A stretch of 29,805 bases of DNA, taken from the NCBI RefSeq assembly GCF_006345805.1, contig NW_021832929.1:1-29805 (forward strand). Direction: 5' to 3'. The stretch is from Octopus sinensis (taxonomy: Eukaryota). Position 1 is the first letter of the stretch; each line of letters starts with the position of its first letter. The notes under the pieces were generated by a model. The model was not told the DNA's origin. It was given only the letters and a program-made list of their open reading frames with translations, and made no database searches. The position numbers were made by a program, and so were the translations under genes. Positions 20,598 to 29,805 of the stretch are shown piece by piece.

Positions 20598-20971
20598 TTT
20601 TTTATTTTTTACTTGTTTCAGTCATTTGACTGCGGCCATGCTGGAGCACCGCCTTTAATCGAGCAACTCGACCCCGGGACTTATTCTATCGGTCTGTTTT
20701 GCCGAACCGCTAAGTGACGGGGACGTAAATACACCAGCATCGGTTGTCAAGCAATGCTAGGGGTACAAACACAGACACACAAACACACACGCACACACAC
20801 ATATATATACACATATACAACGGGTTTCTTTCAGTTTCCGTCTACCAAATCCACTCACAAGGCTTTGGTCGGCCCGAGGCTATAGTAGAAGACACTTGCC
20901 TAAGGTGCCACGCAGTGGGACTGAACCCGGAACCATGTGGTTGGTAAACAACCTACTTACCACACAGCCAC
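20598..20971 (-). mobile_element. SINE-B, nearly full length
   Basis: Colinear with 4302-4727. Confidence 0.92.
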
Positions 20972-21224
20972 ATATATATAAAGTACATCAGTTTACATAA
21001 CATATTATCTAATAGTGGTAAGATTAGTTCATTATTGACTTTACATACATACAATACATATGTATATATAGACGCACACACACACACACAACGATAAACA
21101 CATATGTATAGCGGAGGTCGTGTGTACGTGCTTATGCTAGTGGGAACTCGTGTTCGTATTTTGAGTGTGCATAGATATTTTTTCACCTGGTGTTATTTCT
21201 TATCAAGGATTATATTTTCACATG

Positions 21225-21267
<43 letters not shown>

Positions 21268-21436
21268 TATAATATATATATACATGTGTGGTGTGTGTGT
21301 GTGTGTGTTGTGTGTGTGTGGTGTGTGGTGTGTGTGTGCGCGCGCGCGTGTATAAGTATATATATATATATATGATTGATTGATTCTAGTTTCAGCTCAC
21401 GAGCTGGGGCACCGCATATATATATATATATATATA

Positions 21437-24400
21437 TGTCTGCTGAGTGACTGTCCCTTCACTCATCTTCCAGGGACCCGACGCACAAACAGAAACGGGG
21501 CCTCAAGCCAACACACAAACCTGAATAACAATAAAAATAGAAACACACCATGCTGCAGTAATGCTGGTCCAGTCTTTTCAGGAAGACACAAAAACAACAA
21601 CAACAAAAGTGGAAACTACCACCCTATCCAACAGTGCAACCACACCTCCAGCCAAAAACTGCTCCCTAAGCAGGAAAATTCTTTTTTAGCCATGTTGAAC
21701 ATGGCAAAAGAGATACACAAAAAACATTCTAGCCATCACTCAACACCATCCTATGCTATTACCCCAGTGCACCAATTCCCCACATTGCTGCCACTAACAC
21801 ACACAAAAAATCCAAGCCCCCTGAAACAGTCAAAACCAGCCACTACACTAACCTCCACATTCCTACTCAATGCACAAGGTGTCAGCCCTTCCATCAATGC
21901 ACAAAATGGAAGGTCCAATTCATTGAAGACTGGGTTGGTAACCATTCACACCACATCCCTTTCTTCATTCTCACTGAGACCCACCTTGACAACTCCCACT
22001 TGGAAGCCGAAGTGAGAGTGAAGAACTTCACAACCATCCGCGCGGATCGTATCGGCAGGAGGAAGGGTGGAACTGCCATTTTCCTGCATGATTCATTTAC
22101 GGCAGATGGAAATAGTATATTCTCCAACGGCTACTGTGAATCAGTCACCGTGCACAACCAAAGCCAAGACCTGACAGTAATTGGGCTCTATAGGCCGCCC
22201 CAAACACCCATACTGTGCTTTAAAGAATGCCTCAACAGCATTAAGTGCTTTATTCAACAGTGCCATTCTAGCAACATACTCATGATGGGAGACTTCAATC
22301 TACCCTGTGTTGACTGGACTACAAACTGTTTGAAACCAAGCACTCCCGCCTCAACCGCTGACAAAGAAGCAGCAGAGTCACTTTTCGACTTTACGAATGA
22401 GTTTTTCTTGTCCCAACTTGTCCTTGCACCACACAAGACATCAGAACATTTTGGACCTAGGTTTAGTAACCACACTAACACTATACATAACGTTACAGTG
22501 GAAAAAACCCTTCTTTCAGACCATGACATGGTTCTCTGTAACATGAAATTCCACCAGCCGAAAGCTAATCCTAGTGACCTTCCTCCAGCCCACCCATTTG
22601 ACAACATGGATCTCCATAATGCCAACTGGGATGCAATCAGGAACGAGCTATCACATGTTGACTGGTCCTTTACACATACACACATCTCCACCAACCATAA
22701 AACATCTTGGCAGATCTTTGTAGACACCGTCACAGACATATGTGCAAAACACTCCCCACCAAGATCTGTGAACAAAAAGTGCAGAATCCCCCAAAACAGA
22801 AAAACCATTATCAGAAAAATAAAAGAACAACAAAAAAATTAACAACTAAAGTACTGCCAACAGCAACACACACATCGACGGCTATCGCACTGCTTGAATC
22901 CAAAAAATATAACCTCCAACAATGCATGAAGACCCTCATCAATAACCAAAGATGAGCTGAGGAGAAGTGGGCCATTGAAAAAATCAAACTCAACCCCAAA
23001 GTGTTCTTTTCATTTGCGAGGAAACGCAGGGTCACTGTCTCCACTGTAGGCCCTCTAATTGACGAAACTGGCACTCTCCAAGATAATGCCAAATCCATGG
23101 CCGAGATACTGCAGAAACAATACTGCTGTTTTCAGCAATCCTGATATGGCCGATCTGGGCTGTATCAGTGATGTCAACCCCCAACACACTATCGGACATA
23201 ACGTTTAGTGCCCCTGATGTCTTAGCGGCGATAAACGAAATAAAACACATTCAGCAGTAGGCCCCCGATAGGTTCCCTGCTTGTGTCCTGAAGGTGTGTC
23301 GACACCAACTTGCATCTCCCCTTGCTAATCTGTGGAGAAACTCACTGGATGCTGGCTATATTCCAAAAAACCTTCTGTCCCAGTCTGTTGGTCCCAGTTT
23401 TCAAAAAGGGGAAACAAGTCCCTTGCAGTGAATTACCGTCCGATCTCACTCACCTCTCATATCATCAAGGTATTGAGAGGGTGGTGAGATCTCGAATAAC
23501 CCAATTTCTGGAAAGCAACAGACGGCTGATCTCCAACCAACATGGGTTCCGTAATGGAAGGGACTGCCTAACGCAGCTCCTGCATCACTTGAGGACATTT
23601 TGAGAGCTTTGGGAGAGGGCTCCAACACCGATGTCATCTACCTTGATTTCAGTAAGGCCTTCGACAGGGTCGATCACAAGATCCTATTGAAAAAACTATC
23701 CAACATTGGTGTCTCTGGAAAGTTACTGAAATGGATCAAGTGTTTCCTGACAGACAGATCTCAACATGTTGTAGTTGAAGGGGTAAAATCAAGCCCAGCC
23801 AAAGTCAGTAGTGGCGTTCCGCAAGGCACTGTGCTGGGCCCACTTCTTTTCATCATTTACATTAATGACATTAATGACATCATCAAGCACAGCAACATAA
23901 AAATCTTTGCAGATGACTCCAAGCTACAGAAGGTCATAAATGAGGCGAGTGACCGGACCATGCCTTCAGTCAGATCTACTGGCTGTTATCCAATGGGCAG
24001 AAAAAAAAATATGCTGCTGAATGAGGATAAATTTGAGCTAATCCACTTTGGAAAAGAGGATGCCCTGAAACTCCCATACTCCTTCCTTCAGGTGAAACTC
24101 TCGCGGCGTCCAACAACATCAGAGACCTGGGAGTAATTGTGGACAACAACATAAGCTGGGCCACTCATATAAACACCAAAGTTGACATGGCCGCCCAGAA
24201 TGTGTTCCTGGATTCTCAGAACTTTCCAGTCGAGAGATATCCACACCATTATCCTTCTCTTCTCCACTTTTGCCCGACCCCACCTTGAATACTGTTGTCC
24301 ACTGTGGTCTCCCCACACAATACAAGGTATCATAAAAGTTGAAGCACCTCAAAGGGCAATCACAAAAAAGATAGATGGCATGACAGGCCTCGACTATTGG

Positions 24401-24865
24401 GGTCGACTAGAAAAGCTAAAACTCTATTCTCTCCAACGTCGTCGTGAGCGCTACATCATCTGCATGATGTGGAAAATATTCCATCAGCATTGCCCAAATG
24501 ATGTTGGCATCACCTTTAAGGTACATCCAAGGCCTGGGCCCCGTGCCATCCGCCCAAAACAAAAATCGCACTCTCATCTCATAACAACAATACGGCACAA
24601 TTATTTCACCTCAATGGCCCCGCTCTCTTTAACATTACACCAAAACACATTAAAACAGAAACTGACCCTATAGGGTTCAAGAAGTCTTTGGACAGATTCC
24701 TTCAAGAAATCCCGGATAAACCCCCTACACCCGGATATGTCTCTGTAAACAATAACTCTCTCCTTGAGTGGGCCATAGTGCCCAAATTCTGACTTGAAAG
24801 ACTTCACCAGGTGGTGCTATTAAGTTAGACATGGCCTGGGCCAATAATGGCCGAAACATATCAAA

Positions 24866-24867
<2 letters not shown>
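21437..24867 (+). mobile_element. CR1-clade LINE, about 3.4 kb, 5'-truncated, between (TA)n tracts
   Basis: Possible ORF1 end (CPFTHLPGTRR), full APE-RT ORF2 remnant, and a short 3' UTR with GGTGGTGC...CATGGCC...GGCC-N6-GGCC-GAAACA. Confidence 0.93.
21860..24792 (+). pseudogene. LINE ORF2 (apurinic-like endonuclease + reverse transcriptase), multiply frameshifted
   Basis: APE motifs LLNAQG, TETHL, RADRIGRRKGG, IGLYRPP, MGDFNLP, SDH. RT motifs NYRPISLTS, QHGFR, YLDFSKAFDRVDH, SGVPQGTVLGPLLF, FADD, RPHLEYC, LYSLQRRRERY. Stop TGA at 24790-24792. Confidence 0.95.
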
Positions 24868-24899
<32 letters not shown>

Positions 24900-24900
<1 letters not shown>

Positions 24901-25022
24901 AAGTTGAAAAGTCGCTAAGGCTGAAACCGGTACTAAAATGTTCATGATAAAATTATTTTAGCATTTTCTCACTTGTTTTATTTTCCTTATACATATCGAC
25001 TCGTGTGTTACTATTCAACCTT
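24900..25022 (+). mobile_element. PLE-LTR-like fragment with a hammerhead 3'-half relic
   Basis: AGTC-GCTAA-GGCT-GAAACCGGTA. The downstream sequence matches 29028-29115. Confidence 0.55.
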
Positions 25023-25024
25023 CT

Positions 25025-25084
<60 letters not shown>

Positions 25085-25097
25085 TGAGGAAAAATGT

Positions 25098-25272
25098 GGC
25101 AGTCAGAATTTTGGATAACCTTTTGTTACCACTTTCGCTCGTTTCACCGAAATATTCAAGACAAAAATTAAAACCAAAGTAAAAAGATTATTTTAGTTTA
25201 AATTTTCGTCTTGAAGAGTTCGGTCAAACGAACGAAAGCGCTAATAAAATCTTATCCAAACTTCTGACTGCC
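25098..25272. repeat. Fold-back repeat: 72-bp arms (61/72 identical), 31-nt spacer, hammerhead-like relic in each arm
   Basis: Arms 25098-25169 and 25201-25272 align without gaps. Right arm reads TTGAAGA-GTTCG-GTCAAA-CGAAC-GAAAGCGCTA. Confidence 0.85.
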
Positions 25273-25289
25273 TCTTCTCTCTCTTTCTT

Positions 25290-25624
25290 TATTTGTCTGT
25301 CTGTCTGTCTATCTGTGTCTGTCTGTCTGTATGTCTGTCTGTCTGTCTGTCTGTCTGTATGTCTGTCTGTCTGTCTGTCTGTATGACTGTCTGTCTGTCT
25401 GTATGACTATCTGTCTGTCTGTATGACTGTCTGTCTGTATGACTGTCTGACTGTCTGTATGACTGTCTGTATGACTGTTTGTATGACTGCTTGTATGTCT
25501 GTCTGTCTGTCTTTATGACTGTCTGTATATCTGTTTGTCTGTCTGTCTGTATGTATGACTGTCTCTCTGTCTGTATGATTGTATGACTGTCTGCCTTCCT
25601 GTCTGTCTGTCTTCTGTCTCTCTC

Positions 25625-25682
<58 letters not shown>
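25290..25682. repeat. (CTGT/ATGA)n then (TA)n microsatellites
   Basis: Directly visible. Confidence 0.95.
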
Positions 25683-26197
25683 CTATCTATCTTTCTATAT
25701 AACACATATACACACGCGTTATATAATATTATTCATCCAGTAACATTAGCGATGATATACAACGTACCTTTGTTTTTGTTGTTTTTGTATCGCTGCTTTC
25801 CACACACAGAACAAAATGTTACTGTTCGATAGACACACGTCATATATTTATAGCAACACACAACCACGATCGACGAATCTTTATATCACTCCATATGCAT
25901 CTGCTCCAATTCAAACACATTGAAACTCCATATGATGATATAAGATATTGTGTTTGTTTTGATTGGCAACCCCCATTATGTTTTTTTCTTTCTTTCTCTG
26001 TTCCTTGATTTCGAACATCCGTCGTGTCTTGTTCGTGCAATTATCTTCTGCTTTATTTAGTTTGGTCAGGTTTCGTGATTCGTGTAACAGATAGGCAAAG
26101 CGAGAATAGCAACCTAGATAGACAAAATCTAAATCTCGGTCTATCTATTTATCGTTACACACCTGTCTTCGTCTTTGTTCTCTTTTTATAAATTTCA

Positions 26198-26263
<66 letters not shown>

Positions 26264-26295
26264 TTTATTTTAAGCAGCAGAAAATTCAACAAAAT

Positions 26296-26333
26296 CTGTT
26301 ACTCTGAGTTTCTCGTTGCCGTTCATCAGACAG
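26296..26333 (-). ncRNA. Mirror-image hammerhead ribozyme motif
   Basis: Same motif on the minus strand, with a better stem I (CTGT/ACAG). Predicted cut between 26300 and 26299. Confidence 0.78.
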
Positions 26334-26354
26334 TTTTTGCATTCTAGCAAAAAA

Positions 26355-26390
26355 TGTCTGATGAACGGCAACGAGAAACTCAGAGTAACA
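26355..26390 (+). ncRNA. Minimal type-I hammerhead ribozyme motif (PLE type)
   Basis: TGT-CTGATGA-ACG-GCAA-CGA-GAAA-CTCAGAG-TA-ACA. Intact CUGAUGA/GAAA core, GNRA-capped stem II, self-complementary stem III, GUA cleavage triplet at 26385-26387, 3-bp stem I. Activity untested. Confidence 0.75.
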
Positions 26391-26530
26391 GATTTTGTTG
26401 AATTTTCTGCTGCTTAAAATAAAGCATATTACTCTACCACTGGTATTTGAGTACTCTTTTTCCCACCTTGTTTCACATTTATGTGTGTTACTCCGGTATA
26501 TATATATTATATAACACACAAATATTTGTT

Positions 26531-26578
26531 GTCTTTCATTCTTTTATTTGTTTCAGTCATTTGACTGCGGCCATGCTG
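26531..26578 (-). mobile_element. SINE-B tail fragment
   Basis: TTGTTTCAGTCATTTGACTGCGGCCATGCTG. Confidence 0.75.
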
Positions 26579-26579
26579 A

Positions 26580-26629
<50 letters not shown>

Positions 26630-26654
26630 TATATATATATATATATATATTTAT

Positions 26655-27250
26655 ATACATGTGTACATATTTATTTATATATATATTTATAGACATGTGT
26701 ACATATTTATTATATATATATTTATAAATATGTACATATTTATTTATATAATATTTATTATAATATGTACATATTTATTTATATATATTATTGTACATAT
26801 TTATATATATATTATATGTACATATTTATTTATATATATATATATGTACATATTTATTTATATATATATATATTATATTATATATATATATATATGTACA
26901 TATTATTTATATATATATATGTACATATTTATTTATATATATATATGTACATATTTATTTATATATATATATGTACATATTTATTTATATATATATATGT
27001 ACATATTTATTTATATATATATATGTACATATTTATTTATATATATATATATGTACATATTTACTTATATATATATATATATATATATATGTACATATTT
27101 ATTTATAATATATATGTGTACATATTTATTTATATATATATATATGTACATATTTACTTATATATTATGTGTACATATTTATTTATATATATATATATGT
27201 ACATATTTATTTATATATATATATGTGTGTATATATATATATATATGCAT
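26655..27250. repeat. AT-rich minisatellite, unit about (TA)nTGTACATATTTATT
   Basis: Recurring TGTACATATTTATT separated by (TA)n of variable length. Confidence 0.92.
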
Positions 27251-27287
27251 ATAAACTCACACTTATAACTGAGCATTACACGTACAT

Positions 27288-27379
27288 GTGTGTGTAATTA
27301 TATGTATGGATGTCTCATTGTATATATATATGTATAGATATATATGTACATATATATATATATATACATACATATATGG

Positions 27380-27411
<32 letters not shown>

Positions 27412-27506
27412 TTGTATGTATATATATATGTGTATTTGTATGTATATATATATGTGTATTTGTATGTATGTATATGTGTATTTGTATGTATGTATATATA
27501 TATGTG

Positions 27507-27555
<49 letters not shown>

Positions 27556-27765
27556 ATATATGTGTGTGTGTGTGTATATATGTGTGTGTGTATGTATATG
27601 TGTGTGTGTGTATGTATATATATATGTGCCTATGTATATATATATGTGCGTATGTATATATATATGTGTGTATGTATATATATGTGTGTGTGTGTGTGTA
27701 TATATATGTGTATGTATATATGTGTGTATATATATATATATATGTATATATTTACATACATCTGT

Positions 27766-27803
<38 letters not shown>

Positions 27804-27850
27804 TCACACGTACACATACACACACATGCACACATACACACACGTGCATA
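27288..27850. repeat. Compound (TA)/(TG) microsatellite
   Basis: Directly visible. Confidence 0.95.
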
Positions 27851-28486
27851 TATTTTCTCTATACAGCCCAAACACAGGACTAATTGAAACTATTTTGTTT
27901 ACGAAAGTATTATAATCAAACTAAAACTATTTGCCTGTGTCTGAAACACAATCGCAAACTGTAAACATTATCGTCCTCCATTTTTTAAAATAGTGTAACT
28001 GAGATATCTACAGAGACTGATAGCCTAAATTAGTGAAGAGTCTAAAATATCTGAGCCTTACTGGTTTAAGATGCCCAAGTCTTTTACTTATTTGCGATCC
28101 TATATGATACGGGGTACGTATTGATAGATTGCATGGCTTTTATTTCTTAAGTTTAAAGATCTTTGTTCTAAAATTCATTAGAGTACATGATACGTATCTT
28201 TGGGAAGAAAGGATCGTATTGTGTAGATAACTGGGTCAGGTAATTTCATCGCATTGTTTCATCTAGGTATGTGTGTATACATATATATTATATATAATAT
28301 ATATATATATATATTATATATGTGTGGTGTGGGTGTGTGATGGTGTGTATTACGCTTGTTACCTACATATCTGTACACAGATATATATGCAGGCATGCAT
28401 ACACCCACACTCTCTCTCTCTCTCGCACACACACATACATGTATGTATATGATTATGTGTGTGTGTGTATATATATATATATATAA

Positions 28487-28538
<52 letters not shown>

Positions 28539-28544
28539 TAGGTA

Positions 28545-28765
28545 TAGGTATAAATGTCTGTGTATATATAGGGAGAGTTCACGAAAAATGAAAAGACGAA
28601 GACAGGTGGTGTACAAAACAAACAGATGTATTAGTATAACGCTCAGGAATAGAAAAAGTCTTTTACGTTTCGAGCCTATGCTCTTCTACAGAAAGGGACA
28701 CAGAAAAAACAAGGGGAGAAAAAAAATTGTGTGTAGTGGCTACCGATCTATCATGGCGACTGATA
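28545..28765 (-). mobile_element. Solo PLE-LTR-like repeat with a hammerhead relic at 28665-28691
   Basis: CTGTAGA-A-GAGC-ATAG-GCTC-GAAACGT. The 3' part (CACCTGTCTTCGTCTTT) is shared with 26155-26200. TA-rich flanks. Confidence 0.5.
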
Positions 28766-28871
28766 TGTATATATGTATCTATATATACATAGACATATAT
28801 ATATATATATTATATATATATATACAAAGACACATATATACGTGTATATATCCACACACACACACACACAC

Positions 28872-28917
<46 letters not shown>

Positions 28918-28921
<4 letters not shown>

Positions 28922-29115
28922 GCAGGAAGAGAAAAGAACAAGGGAAAATGCCACTGTATTTGAACACTATGCTAATTCCAAAATGAAATGTTTTCATACT
29001 TACAGTTGTGAAAAAGTCTCAATGACGGAAACCGGTACTGAAATGTTTTTTATAAAATTATTTTAGCATTTTCTACTTTTTTTTTCCATATATATCAACT
29101 TGCGTGTTCCTTTTC
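28918..29115 (+). mobile_element. Solo PLE-LTR-like repeat with a hammerhead relic at 29000-29043
   Basis: CAG-TTGTGA-AAAA-GTC-TCAAT-GAC-G-GAAACCGGTA-CTG: palindromic stem III ACCGGT, GUA triplet, CAG/CTG stem I, damaged core. Paralog at 24900. Confidence 0.58.
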
Positions 29116-29165
29116 AACCTTGTACACACACGCACACACACACACATATACACACACACACATAT

Positions 29166-29196
<31 letters not shown>

Positions 29197-29584
29197 CATA
29201 TATATATATATTGATATAGATAGATAGATATAGACTAGTAGATAGATAGGTAGTTCGTCCGTCGAAGATGGCGTAGACGTAGACTCTACCAAAATAAACA
29301 AAGAAGAAAACAAGTAAATGATGTCTGAATTTATGTTCGTTTATTGGTACTCAATGCAAAGGAAATGTCGACTTTAACGATACAACACATTTATGTGAGA
29401 GGCATCCATATAAAAGAGCAGAGTATCACATCTGCTCATGTTTATGCTATATCTTCTTTACGCCGGAAGATACCGAATGGGCGATGTTTCATTGCCGTAA
29501 ATGTGTGATATCTACTTCTGCCGTAATGAAAGGCCCCCTGTCCGTAGCTGTAAGGAATTTCGGCCATCAATAATCGATGGAGAT

Positions 29585-29805
29585 CAGTAGTTCTCAACCG
29601 GGTCCGTATGGCCCTAGAGAGCCCATATAAGATTTTTGGGGTCTACACGATAAAATAGTAAATTAGGGTCCAGAAGAGTATGTTAAGGGACCCCGAACAA
29701 ATTTTGCTTTAGGTGTATGTATTGATATATATTACAAGAAACAGCCAAGTTTCTTTAACTGTTTTACATAGTTCAGCTCACACAAGTCAATGCATGAAAA
29801 AGACT
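29585..29805 (+). mobile_element. hAT/Charlie-like non-autonomous element, copy 2 (runs off the window)
   Basis: CAGTAGTTCTCAACC start. Colinear with 790-1000. Confidence 0.62.

Larger units (their letters stand above)
26263..26424. repeat. Near-perfect palindrome: 78-bp arms, 1 mismatch, 6-nt loop
   Basis: 26263-26340 is the reverse complement of 26347-26424 except at 26333/26354. Confidence 0.97.

Noticed and set aside
474-20971. tRNA genes in the SINE heads
   Set aside because: A/B boxes are present but there is no complete cloverleaf, and the heads run directly into SINE bodies with TSDs.
790-29805. The two hAT-like copies as ends of one 29-kb element
   Set aside because: They are in the same orientation and both are left ends, so they are separate insertions.

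Overview
Eukaryotic, AT-rich, repeat-saturated DNA with no recognisable host protein-coding gene. It is probably intronic or intergenic. The SINE, LINE and microsatellite make-up looks like an octopus (cephalopod) genome; this is from recall and not verified by search. The window contains: three groups of tRNA-headed SINEs (working names A, B, C), several with exact target-site duplications; a 3.4-kb frameshifted CR1-clade LINE, two further CR1-type 3' fragments and an RTE 3' fragment; a truncated Penelope-like element (RT + GIY-YIG, Naiad-like); non-autonomous Helitrons; piggyBac-, hAT- and Harbinger-like MITEs; a 28 x 40-bp minisatellite; and many long microsatellites. Nearly all listed ORFs are repeat artefacts. 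The most notable signal is a near-perfect palindrome (78-bp arms, 26263-26424) carrying a Penelope-type minimal hammerhead ribozyme on each strand. An older palindrome of the same design lies at 25098-25272, and several decayed hammerhead-like relics sit next to (TA)n tracts. Also notable: SINE-A head-to-tail multimers that rejoin at the same hairpin-loop position in two loci, and a SINE-B 3' tail shared with a CR1 LINE in the same window. All alignments and counts were done by eye.
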